Source: Mytilus edulis
Taxonomy: Eukaryota
DNA: 64,000 nucleotides
Reading direction: 5' to 3'
Assembly (NCBI RefSeq): GCF_963676685.1
Contig: NC_092351.1
Coordinates: 61,008,001-61,072,000 of the forward strand
The translations under genes were made by a program, and so were the position numbers. Below, piece by piece: positions 49,086 through 61,900 of the stretch. The stretch's first letter is position 1. Each line of letters opens with the position of its first letter. The notes under the pieces are model-generated. The model did not search any database, was not told the DNA's origin, and saw nothing but the letters and a program-made list of their open reading frames with translations.

Positions 49086-52000
49086 ATATAAATGGAATGT
49101 AATAAAAATGCAGTTATGGAATTATGAGCTGTGTAAAACTTGCAATTGAAATGCTGTATCCGTAAAATATTCAATAATAATGGACAGGCCGTCTATACGG
49201 ACAAAAGGTCTTTTGCCCCCCCCCCCCCCCCCCCCTATTTTTTCCATTGTCATTGTTTCTTTAAAAAATTGAACACGCACCGGCGTGACACGGAGAAAAT
49301 AATGGCAATTTAGACAGCTAAAACTGTTCTTATGACATGACATTGGAATAAAAAAATCATGTGTCACGTTGGCGCACGGAACACCTGCAAAATGAATGAT
49401 AATTACAATATTTGAATTATGAAAGGAAGTTTACCAACTTACCTCACCCAGTTGCTAATATTAGTGGTTTTGAAGTTCACCCAAACAAACATTCAAATCT
49501 CAGGGACTATTCTAACATAAGACGTAGCTTTCCGAAACAGAATTTAAGAAATGAGAAAATAGGGGGGCCAAAAACAGGCCTTATCGTACCAGAATTGCCA
49601 GTTTTCCTGCCACATCGACTTCTTGCAACAGAGATTGGTTTTGTTTCTGTTATAATTAAGAGTTTTTATTTCTATTCACTGAATCATAATATGGGTCATG
49701 TGGTCAATTTTATTCGTTTAACTTAGTTCTAAAGCATAAAACATGGCGCGAACGTTACGATTTTGTTCGAGTATCCGTACAAAAAATGATACAAGAAATT
49801 GGAAGATTTTTTTTTTACAAAACATACATTAAAATTAACATTATAATAATTGTGTTTGCAAAGTTCCATTCTATTGTTGTGACAAATACGAAAAATCTAA
49901 TTCAAGATATTGCCTTTTTCTGTGAATAGATGTAACGGGAGGGGAGGATTTAACCAGGACTGACGACAACGTAAACACATTGGATAATGTGCAAAGAAAA
50001 TCCTCGACGCGTATGTCACCAGTCCACACGAAATTATTGTCACCAATGGACAGTTCTGAAGGTATTTTTTTAATCCTCCTTCTTGCAAACAATTGATCTG
50101 CTGCGTCGTAATAATAGTCATGTGTAATTAAAATAGGTATGCAAGTAATATAAAATATATTCCACTTAATATATATATGATTTTACAATAAAACTGGAAG
50201 AGACCAAGATCAAGTAAAACATGTTAATGAAAATTATTTACTATTTGAATAAAAACCATAATTACGATGCGAAAATGCTATGTATATTTTATTTTTGCAA
50301 CAGATGCATCGACAGTTGAAGATATTCTAGAACGTAGCATGAGTTCTTGCACTGAAGCGCATATGAATAAAGAAGACGTTTCCGATAGCACACCAGTTAC
50401 AGTGGAGCAGTCAATTTTGGACGATTATTTAATAGGTATGATATACCATCTTCATTCTCTTAATAGGTGCTACTCATGGTATGAAGTATAGTGTCTTTTA
50501 ATCTTACTTTTTATAGCTGACCAAATGTTGTATTGGCTTTGCTCATTGTTGAAGGCCGTATTATGGTGACCTATAGTTGTTAATTTGTGTCATTTGGTCT
50601 CTTGTGAGGGGTTGTCTCATTGGTTATCATATCACATCTTCTTTTTTTTATACTTGTCTGTTTTTTTGACATCGCGTAATATATTTTTTTCTCTAGTTGC
50701 TGTTTTTGTTTAATAACCATTTAAAAAAATAATAGTGAATGTGTTGAATTTATGTTAAATGTCCAGTGGAAAATATTATATTATATGTGTCTATCCAACA
50801 AGCCCAGCCAAGACGTTAGGCTTTATTCATTATGTAACACTCCGGAAGAAGAGTCATCATACAAGGACACATTGGAGACATTGGATTGTTATTTTCTCAG
50901 CGGAGAAGCCGCAGGTATTAATTTTTAAGTCGACGATGACGATTACGATGACGGTGACGTCCAGTGGCAAATATGATGGCATATAATGGCGATTGAGTGT
51001 TAATGTTTTATTAATACACTCATATATTGTACTAGATAGCATGCTAAATTGTGTTTTAACCCAGTACTTCTCAGTTCTTTTCTTTTACTACGAAATGTTA
51101 CATGTTTGGCGAAAAAGTAAAAATGGGTAAGTCTTAGTTTTGAACAAACTTGGGGATCGAACACACGATTACAAGGATCGCTTCCAGAAGCAAGACCACC
51201 GAGGAGGTCTTTTCTTATTGCGTATACGGGTACTGGAAATTGTAACCATATCAAAGTTCAGAAATATTACTTTTATTTCAAATGTTCAAACACTTTCTCA
51301 TTAACTGAACAACATATCTTTTTGTATATTTTGAATTGCTGATTTTCCATTCTAAAATGATAGCATTTGTTTACTTTTAGGAGACACATTAAAGGTACAT
51401 ATTCAGAACTTAGTTACACCTGCCGATGATCGCTGTTTTCGAAATCTGGACACGAAACATGCTCACTGTCTAAAACAATTTTATGAAAATCAGCAAATAT
51501 GTCATACAATTCTCATTGGCAACATTGTCAGCGATGTTACTACTAATATAGATAATTTGTCAAAGCTTCTTCAAGAACCTGGCAAAGTAGCAGTTGAAAC
51601 TTTAGGTGGTAATCATACAAGACATGCGCTACAATGTTTATTCGCAAGCCAAACTAAACCTATTAGCATGGTAACATGTCGGTTATACAACAAATTACCA
51701 GACGAGTTGGCGCTACAATTAGGATATGAACACAATGCATCTAATACAATAGGAAAACCGACAAGTTTTGTTGATTTAGTAAAGGTGTTTCGAAAAGAAG
51801 CAACAAAAATAGTAGGAGATACAGATATTAGCTGCATGCAAAATAGTGAAGTAAAGCAATGGAAAGATATTTTATGTACCATTCTAGGGATGGACAGAAA
51901 GGCGGAAGAATTTCATAACAAGTACAAAATTGTTTTAAAAATTGCAAAATCAAAGGATTCAGTATGGAGAAAATTTTTAGAATTCTGTTCCGCTTTCGAA

Positions 52001-55000
52001 ATGAATGAAATTAGAAATACTCCAAGAGGATCTTTAAAGGTTACACAGTTGAGAGATTTTTCAATGCTTTCTAGTGATAACCAAATACATATTTTGGAAG
52101 AAACATTACAGACAAAAGACTGGAGAGTATTTAAGAGAGAAGTAGAAAGGTAAATAAATGCAAATCATGACGTGTGAACTGTAAAACAAATTCACTGCAT
52201 TATATGATTTTCTTAAATGTTGATTTTATATTTGTAAATGAACGATACTTCCTTACTATTAATTGTTCATTTCTTGGTTTGTAAATTATGCTTCAAAAGG
52301 CATTCAGCAAACATTTACGTTATATCGGGAATGTTATTAAAAAAAAAAAGAACCGTGACTTTCGTAATTTAATTCACAGTTTAAGGAAAAATTGGAGCAT
52401 TTCATCGACCTCAGTAAGGAAATTCATTTGTAATATTATGATATTAAAAATAAATTATGAAAAAAGGAATGTACACACCAGTTTTCAAAGATTTATCACC
52501 TATAAAATTCTTCACGAAAACAAAACACAAAAAAAATACCTAATAAACGCTTACACAAGAATAAAGGAAATGTGCAGGCAATGTTATGAGAGACAGCAAC
52601 CAAACGACACATATAAACTAAAACTATCTAGAGACAACACATAGCCTTACAAATATAGGCAGTCGCCATGCAATTTGTCAAGCTCTTAATTTTCCATTAT
52701 ATACATTTTGTGAATAAGTTACACAAAGACTACCAAAGATCTTTCGTTTTATCGAAATCACAAACAAAAAATGTATTTATGAAATGTCAATCGCAAATTC
52801 ATCTCGTCAACCTTTTCGATAGGTCGTGTATTTGGTGGTTGATGTAGACTGCAGCCTTGTAATTTTGTAAACTTATGTTTTTTTTTGGTTTTTTCTTAAT
52901 GTATAAAAAGTGCAATTTCATAGATCGCATCGATATTTTTGGTAATAAGCCCACCTTTCATTTAAAAAAAACCCGGTATATTGAAATATTACAGAAAAAA
53001 GCTCGCACTGTACTTATATCAGTATTGAAGTTACTAACTTTGATGATATCACTGGATTTATTTTGTAGTGTTAGTTCAGATCGAAAGAAAACAACTGGGA
53101 AAACAAAAGCAGATCCGTCAGATGTTGACAGAAAGATTAATGAAAGGTATTTTAGCACTTTAAACGAACATACAGAATAAGTTTCATGCCTCCATTTATG
53201 ACAATTTTTTTCTGAATTTTATCATTTCACGGGATTTCCAAATGTCATTGATTTATATGATTGCGTACTTTAATGTTTGAACATCATTTGGTGCATTTCC
53301 GAACGCGCATATAAATCATAAATCCCTACTGCATGGCTGGCGGCACAAAACTGCCATTTTGATTTGTTTTAGTTTACGATTTTATTCCAAAACTACCGTT
53401 TTGTTAATTACTGTTAAGAGATATTTTTTTTTAAATTTTAATGTTTTAATTTGTTGATGAAATTTTTTAATATTAAATACTAGACTCGCAAATTTCTGTT
53501 GCAAGCTGGTTTAACTGTAATAAGGGAATAGTTCACTTCTTCTTTATGGCAAGCATTTAAAATGTGTCTTTGCCGATTTGAATTTACCCATTAAATAATT
53601 GAGTAATTTTATTATATTTATCTAGTGAGTGTAAAATAAAACAACTGACTACCGAAAGAGAAAAATTGTCAACTACTTCATCAACATTAAAATCAAAGTT
53701 GACAGAAGAACAAAAGAAAACAAAGGACTTCGAGACATTGTTGAATCAAGAAAGGAAAAAATGCAGCGCACTTGAAATTAAATTACAGCAATTGAGGAGA
53801 TCAGAGACTGAACTCAAAGTTGTCTTGGATAAGCAGATTGATAAAAATGAAAAATCTAGTAATCTTCTACAAGTTGAAAAAACAAAATACCAAACCCTGG
53901 AAGAAATGTACAATAAATTGGTAAGTTGAATATTCTGTTTTATAGGGCTGTAATAGCCCTTTAGACAAAACGCTTATTATTTTGTTGATGATATGTGGAA
54001 TAATATTCTGAAACAGACTTACGATAGTTATAAGATCACATTAATGATGCATAAAGATTTGTTCAATTGACCATACAGTCTGCTGATCTTTATCTTGCAT
54101 TACATAATTAATCAAACATATTTATCAGCTTAGAATAAATACGAGAGACAACAAAGAAAAATGGTTTATACAATAAACATCTTGCATGTTATGTACCTGT
54201 TTTAAACATAATAATAAAATAGTGCTTATTTAAATGTTCTCAATACGCAAACTCTGAAAACAATGATGTTTTTACAGGAAGAAGCAAAAGCTTGTTTAGA
54301 AAAGAAAGTTCAGGAATTTGAAGAATCTATTAGATGTCAACATACTGAAAAACACATAAGCCAAGTAAACTACTCTATTGTAAGTTTTATAACCTACGTA
54401 TATATTTACCTAACAATAAAAAAAAATGTCCTTTAATTCTTTGTTAATTGTTTTTCATTTGTCTTTTTGGGGACTTGTATATAGCTGACTATGTGGTATG
54501 AGTTTTGCTAACGATGGTAGGCCGTGCGGTGACCTATAGCTGTTAATTTCTGTGTCATTTGGTATCATTGGCAATCATATCACCCATTCTTTTTTACAAT
54601 AAGACATTTTTTGTTTGTTCAACAAATGATATTAACTTTGTTGATCTGAGTGTACGTAATTAACTTAAAATCGGGAAGATTTGTTGAGTTTCGTACACGT
54701 GTAGTTCTGCTTTCGTTGCAAGTTACAAAATAATTTTGACCCCTGTATTCATAATTTCTCTTTTTTTGTATTTGGTCAGATTCTATTATTCATATGCATT
54801 TCCTTTACAAATGATTGATTTTCATTGGATAATTTTAGTTTTTCCTTTTTATTCTAGTTTATTGTAAATTTTAGTTCCAACGTGTGTATCGTCAAGTTTG
54901 TTGACTATTATAAAATTGAGAAAGGAAATGGTGAATATGTCAAAGCGACAACCACCCGACCATAGAGCAAACAACATTTTATACATTTTATAATGACTAT

Positions 55001-56577
55001 TATGTATATCAGTCTAGTATGTCAAGTGAACGTTAAGTTTTTCAATATAGATTTGTATATTAAGTTTGTTTGCTGTTTATGACTACATATTACTGTAACT
55101 GTCTGTGACGTGCCATTGTCATTAGAACACTTTTCATAAAGTCTCTTAAAAAGATATACATAACATATTTTTATATATTTACAGGTATCTGATAGAGTCT
55201 CGACTCCAAAACAAAAACTGAAAAATGACTGCAGTGACACTTTAAACAAGAAGAAAAGAAGGATGAGTTCAAAGGTAAATAAAAGAATAAAAAAAAGGTG
55301 TACAAACAATTATAACAAAATCTCCGATTACAGAATAATTCTGGCTGTGACAGTATTGGCGTAAATAGACAGTGGGCAAATTTGAACATTCTGGACATTT
55401 CTGTCTCTCCAAGAATGTTTTCTATCCAGAGCAATTTTGAAAAAAAAGTTCTCAAAACTTGTGCTTTACTCCAAATCTTTTTGAGCCATGTGGGCCATAT
55501 TAGTTGGCAGGTGGAATCATTAAATTTTTTAAAACAAAATATTCCAATGATGAGTATTGTCGAATTTAGATAAATCTGGCAATATAATTTCAGAGGGGAA
55601 GATTTGCTAAAAGGTTTACAGATTACGACAATACATGTAGTACGCTTTTTTAACCTACTTTTAGGACGAGTTTAACTGCTAGATAGGTGGAGCCCAGTCG
55701 GCCATGTCTTTAAACCTTGTCAATCTTTCTGGTCTAGACACGAAGAAATACACGGTGTGGTATAAACTCTATCATATGTTTTGTGCAGTTGTAAGATGCT
55801 TATTTTTCATTTATGTTATAGGAATTTGAAGTTGGTACGTCTGTTGAAGCATTTTGGTATCCAGACAAGTGTTGGTACACTGCAAAAATACTAATGAAGA
55901 CAGGAAAAGGTAAGTACTGTTTTATTAAAACAAAATTTGGAGGACAAGTGTTATCAGATATTATATCAGACTGTACAAAATAATTCTGTCGTATAAAGAA
56001 ATTAAAGTGGAAATGTTTGTACTCAATCAACACATGTACAAAATGTATGTAAGTTGAAAAATAATCATATTATTAAAATTCTCCAAATCATGGTAGCAAT
56101 CCTGATGAAGCAATTCAACAAAAAAAGACTTGGCGTTTATTTTTACAGAACAGTACTTGTACTAAACTATCGTTTCGGTATATATTTATTTCAATAAATT
56201 GTTTTACTTATGAACTTTGTTTTAAATCTGTTTGCAAACTGAACGCCATGTATCAAATTTACTATAATATGGATTTTTTCCAAAGTACTACTTTTAGGCG
56301 TTGCATCGTCCTGAACATGTTTGTACTATTTTCCGATGGACGTACTTTTTAAGGCTTGTCACCACTACTTGATTGAAGTCAGTTACTCTTTACTAGTATC
56401 ATTATAGTTTCAACATTCAAGCAAAATTAGACCACAATTTATTATTCATTAATACTCAGATCTTTTAAAAATAAATTGATTTTTTTTACAGGCTATGAAG
56501 TAAAGTACGATCTTGATAAATTTGTCAAAGATCTCCCTTTGAAATATGTAAGAGCAGAAAAGATATCTACAGAATAG
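46354..56577 (+). CDS. ParB/Srx-like domain + coiled-coil + NLS + Tudor-domain protein, 694 aa, 12 exons
   Basis: Exons 46354-46476, 46890-47010, 48651-48734, 49930-50061, 50304-50435, 51381-52149, 53069-53146, 53626-53920, 54278-54364, 55185-55274, 55822-55909, 56492-56577 (2085 nt, open, GT-AG). ParB-like: VHIQNL..FRNLDTKHAHCLKQ..ILIG..VETLGGNHTRHALQ..RLY..LALQLGYEHN. NLS: KKKRR. Tudor: FEVGTSVEAFWYPDKCWYTAKIL..GYEVKYDLD...LKYVR. Confidence 0.82.
47278..47796 (+). mobile_element. HINE/DINE-1-like element with a (TCYG)n microsatellite
   Basis: 5' gcccc..ggggc hairpin, GTCC/GTTC/GTCT microsatellite at 47325-47425, ~170-bp internal tandem, 3' subTIR gtggggca plus a small stem-loop. Confidence 0.7.
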
Positions 56578-57482
56578 ACAGATTTGCTGAAACAAAGGAG
56601 AATGTCCATCATTGGAGGATAACTATGATGCTAGCCAAAGAGGAGAAATATTTGACGAACATGTGTTTTTTTATAATTATTATTGTTGTCCCTATAGAAA
56701 TAATATAAAAAAAAATGTTGTAGATATTGCGTAGTTGTTAATAATTGTCATAGAAATAATCATATAGCTACTCTGCGTAAAGAAGTACAGCAGTCACTGT
56801 GACAAATTTGTGGATTTCTTTATCATTTACTTTAACACCAGAAATTTGCGAAAAAAAAGAAAGCAATAGAATATACCAATAATAAACGTTTAACTTTTGA
56901 TTCATTAAGCTTATTAATTGCATTTTAAGTTGGGTAGTGATGTTTAATGGATAAATGATAGTTAATATCATTGACTTTAAGTTTTCTACCATTTTAGGTG
57001 AAGCGAATTAGTATCTACAACGTATATTTCAATATTAAAGACAGATACACCCGGTTCACAAAATCGTTAGAAAAATAAATCTAATTTCAAATAAAGTGTT
57101 CCAAAGTAATATGCAATTTCACTGTAATCAATAATATAGATCTAAAAACAGAAACATTTATATGAAAATCATCTTTCAATAAATACTTCGACTTGTATGG
57201 TACACGTTTTTCTTTACCAGAAATATGCATCATTTCGGGGCTTTTTATTGTTGAAGATTCGGTAAGGATTTTGCTCTTTTTAAAAGGCCGTATGTCACAG
57301 AAAACCTATAGCTTTTTTATGTCATTTGGTCCCGTGCGGAGAGTATTCTCACTCGCAATCATACCACATCTTCTTATTGAATATTTGAAAACAAAATGTT
57401 ACCGGTTGATTATGTATATATACTGTATGTACCTTTTTAGTCTATGAACAATTGTGATTAGAGTAACATTTTCACGTTGTTC

Positions 57483-57953
57483 TTGGTCTAAGAACCAAAA
57501 AGCAATATACGCATTATATTTTACATTCAATTTTGTTCTTGGTCTAAGAACCAAAAAGTGTTATACGCATTATATTTTACATTCAATTTTGTTCTTGGTC
57601 TAAGAACCAGAAAAATAAGATTGATACTATTTTATTTGATATCATTCATTTAGTTGGTCTTTAGACCAAAATCTGTTGGACAATAGCGCTATCATCTGCA
57701 TGAATGTAACATTTTATTGTTTAAATTAATTAAATATAAACAACTTAGCACTGACGCCTAATGTCTAAAGTGTTTCTGTTTTTGGTCTCAAGACCAGACT
57801 TCTTCAAGCATAAACAGTTTTACGCAAGTCAATACAAATAACAGTTCGTTGTGTTGTTTTGAAATGATGGGTTCATGCATGGATTCAGCCATACCAGATT
57901 TATTCAAATTGAGAACTAACCCGATATTTTTTATATTCTGGTCCAATGACCAA
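57483..57953. promoter_or_regulatory. Right cluster of 16-bp palindromes YTGGTC-N4-RACCAR
   Basis: 57483, 57539 and 57595 (ttggtc-taag-aacca[a/g], 56-bp tandem); 57654 ttggtc-ttta-gaccaa; 57782 ttggtc-tcaa-gaccag; 57938 ctggtc-caat-gaccaa. Confidence 0.7.
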
Positions 57954-58615
57954 AATATGTATACATCGATCTAAAATTATTCCAATTCTGTAAGACAAAA
58001 CTGTTATAATTTATCAAAAAATAATTGGGGAAAATTTCAATGTCTCTGCTAGTGATATATCAATGGTATGGGTGTTATAATTTTCAAAATTATTCAAACT
58101 TTGCAATGAAGTCAGTTATATATGTCGATCTGCATTGGTATTTTAACTAGTACATGCAAGTATAATGGTTGACATGTATCAAAGAGGAAAAGAATGCAAT
58201 TTCCCTTTTAGAAATGGATTCAGTTATAGATAAAAAAAAGTTACAAATACAAAAGTTTGAATTTTCAAATAATGATTTTTAAGCGATATCGTTAATACAT
58301 CTGTTTTAGGGGATGACGATTTAAATCAAATTGGTATCTGGTAATTTCATCTTTTACTTTATAAACATTGTCAGCCGTAGAAAGTAAACTACTACTAAGA
58401 CTCCTATTCTAAAATATGCGCTACTGAAAATAGTGGCGCCCTTATTCATCGCGGGCTTCGGCCGGTACAGCACATGTTGTCCGTCTTCGGGATAATAGGT
58501 CACACCTTCCTTTAAACCATCCTCAAATTGTTGTCAAGGGAAATACCTTCATCTTGAATGGTGTTCAAATCTATGAGTTCCGCCATCGTTGGCGACTATT
58601 CTAAAATATGGCGTT

Positions 58616-58748
58616 ATAGTTTTAAAGGTAATAGGATTATAATTTAGTACGCCAAACGCGCGTTTCGTCTACACAAGACTCATCAGTGGCGCTCATATCA
58701 AACTGATATTTATAAAGCCAAACAAGTACCAAGTTGAAGAGCATTGAG
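58616..58748 (-). repeat. Retrozyme-like fragment with a hammerhead (58649-58692, GUU triplet) inside the transposon right end
   Basis: acgccaaacgcgcgtttcgtctacacaagactcatcagtggcgc. Confidence 0.75.
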
Positions 58749-58784
58749 TTTTATTGTGACCTTATATGTTACTCTTTTCCCATG

Positions 58785-58914
58785 ATCTGCCATAAATTTG
58801 GAGAAAACAAAAATCTGCCATATGTTTGAGTTGTTTGGCGTTTGCAACGTCACATATGCCATAGATTAGGAATCTGCCATAGATTTGGAACCCGCCATAG
58901 ATTTGAGTCCTACA
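58785..58914 (-). repeat. Right TIR (58847-58914) and iteron array
   Basis: Reverse complement tgtaggactcaaatctatggcgggttccaaatctatggcagattcctaatctatggcatatgtgacgt, plus two degenerate iterons further in. Confidence 0.92.
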
Positions 58915-61900
58915 TATATACTTTGAAGGAAGATATAACGATCATCTGTTTCCCTGGAGCCTACTTTCTCAACATCGACCTTTCTATGATATAGTCCAAA
59001 ATGTAGTTTGCTTTTCTGAGAATTGAAGTGTAATGACGAGGCTATGGTTCGAAATCACCTTTCTGCACCATAATAGCCTATCAAGTTACGTAGAGACCAT
59101 TACTTGAACGGTGTTGATATGTTTCGAACTAACATAAAAGTAATAATTAATCCGATGTAACTAAATGTTATAAGTAAAGTACATGTAATTGGTAAGTTTG
59201 TTCCAAACCAACCGACATTGTCAATTTCTAAATGCAAGTCAAGATATAACTGCATCTGTTGTATCCTTTATAGCAAGGATGAGTGTGATTTGAAATCTGT
59301 GTAATAGTGGAATAGTTAAAAACAATCAAAGAAAAGTATAATTGATAAATGGTTCACTGTTCGTCCAGTTGCAAATATATCATGCATGTAAATGACAAAC
59401 AACTACCCGTGGTGGGTCTTCCCGCATGAAGAACGTGATAGACTTGAAAATAATGAATACTGGAAAGGGACAGAAACTTCACTTTGCAAATGTTCAAATA
59501 CGAACCCCACAGAGTTGTTTCTATGACCATTCAGCATACAAAATAAATGGCACTCTCTCAACACGAGGCATCTTATTTAACGTCCTCATCAGACGAGGCT
59601 GCCTGTATACATACATGTATGTACCTGAATCTCCGCACAATCAATTACAAACAGACGCCTTTTATTTATTTTTTTAACACATATCGACTATTTAAATGAT
59701 AAAACTCCATAAAAGGCTTTGCATCCTTTGAATTGTATGTTAACTAGATTTCAACACAAATTAATAATAAAACCAAATATGTTGCATATAAAAAAAGAAG
59801 TCGTAGTATGATTGACAATGAGACATGTCTCCACATTATACATTTGTTTCCAGTTTTATTAAAAATTAAGACGAGGTTTTTAAAGAAAAAATATTTGGAT
59901 ACATTGATTTTTTTTAATTACAATACTTTACGAAAAAGGTTCTGAATGGAACGTTTAACTATAAATAAATACAAAGATATTCAACAAATTTTGAAATAAT
60001 TGACAAACTTCTTAAATTAATACACACACTAGCACAACGAAATCCACGAAAATACTTTTAATAGCTTACCATTTGGGGATAGCAATAATATTTCCGAATT
60101 GATATAAATAAAACTCTATTAACTTTAGCTTAAATGAAATCAACCTTATCTTATTCCAAATATTTTACATAAAAGCGCCAGCCTTCAGTAGAACTGTAAT
60201 AGTATTGAATTTAAATACAATAGTAAATTTACTTCTAATAGGTCAACTCTGAATAAGTAATCATTATGCATAAATAATCAATAACTGCTGATTTATTTGA
60301 TATCTTCTTTATAACCAATCAACGTTGTTTTTGAGATTTGTTCGAAGACTAACAGTTGTTCTGATTGATTGATTGGTATTTGAAACGACTTTCAGCACTT
60401 TAGGTTATTTTTGGCGGTCAGTTTTTATTGTTGAAGGAAGCCGGTCTTGTCGAAGAGAATAACCTATTTCTGGCAGGAAAACTGATAATCTTAGCCAATT
60501 AGGATTGCAGTCGAGCGCACTTGCCGAGTTGGAAACTCGATCTAACAACCTCGGTATTGACATGATAAGGATACAATAGTTGAACTTCTTACACCACTCA
60601 GCCACTGAAGCCATTGAAGATAATGAAAAATAATAAGCCGATGTTCAGTAGAAAATATCAATATTTAATCAAAAATTGTTTATACAGCTTCAAGTATTAA
60701 ATGCGATTAAAACTTTAGATTTAAATCAAATTTCATATTTAAAAAAGTGTCTACGTAAGAACAAAAAAGACGACATCAACGAAACACTAGAACAAATGTA
60801 CCTTGATAAAATCGTTAATAAAAAAAGTACTTAACTTAATTTGTCTGGTAGATGTTGTCTAAATCATTATTTAATTATGATCGGATATTCCAATATTTAC
60901 TTTATCTAATTAAACTGTTTGCAAGGAATACATTCGATAAAAGCCTAGTATTTACATTAAATGAAATAAATGGAAACACAAACAAAACATTTGTTAGGAA
61001 TGGATTTTTGGTAAGTTTTTAAATTTGGAAAACAAAAATATAATACCAGAAAGCACTTCTACAGTAACGAAATTCAATCATTCGTCTAACCTTGTAGAGT
61101 TTTTCTATACTGAATAGCTTTGAACGTTCGCCTTATGTTTGAAATTTGACTACTAAAAATGCAGGACATTACAAAGCAAGACTGCAATATTTGGTGTGTG
61201 TAATGATTGTAAGGTATAAATATCCAACTGCCAGGTGTCATCTGACTTTGACGTCATTTTCCTCCATGCTCAGTGGTTAAATTTTTTTTTATGTGTTTTG
61301 GCTGTTTTTCTGATACTATATGCAATAGGTCTACTATATTTAGTGTATGGAAAGCATATTGTGTGTATGGTGTACATGTATTTCCAGTTTGGTTCACGCA
61401 GACCTAATTTTCTTGAATAATGTTAAATTAATGTGATAGTTGTAGTAAAGCTTTGTCTATAGAACTTTCAGCATAGTACCAATGGTTAGTAAAGAAGGCG
61501 AGACATTTCAGCTGCACACTTGTTTAACCTAACTTAAGATTTTCGAATATGAACAATTGTGGAGTTTTTCTTAATAGATACGCCAATTTCTCTTCTACAA
61601 CACCTATACAGTTGTAGCCCGTCACAATGTATATAAGTTGGAACAAAAGGAACGTAAGGTGCACCCTTCCTTCTTCTCCTTTTTCCTTTTTTAACTAACT
61701 TCAGTTTTTCGAGCATAAACCTTCACGCAATTTTTCTTAGTGGATACACTAATGTATGTTCTACGTGCATCACCTGTACAGTCGTTGCCCGTCAAAATCT
61801 TCGTACATATCGATCTGAAATCAAATAAAAGGTTGCCACTCTCCCCCCATGCACCGCCCCCCCCCCCCCAAAAAAAAATTATTTTCGTTTAGTCAATTTC

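Larger units (their letters stand above)
31868..58914. mobile_element. ~27-kb two-gene TIR DNA transposon (Sola-like/DUF7869-type transposase plus ParB-like/Tudor accessory gene)
   Basis: 68-bp TIRs (66/68 identical), TA on both flanks, subterminal motif arrays at both ends, and two divergent multi-exon genes filling the interior. Confidence 0.9.

Noticed and set aside
49053-49235. Long poly-G and poly-C runs giving poly-Gly ORFs
   Set aside because: Intronic homopolymers, common across this window and prone to sequencing error.
57465-57612. CRISPR-like appearance of palindromic repeats at 56-bp period
   Set aside because: The spacers are near-identical, there are no cas genes and the context is eukaryotic; it is a tandem duplication.
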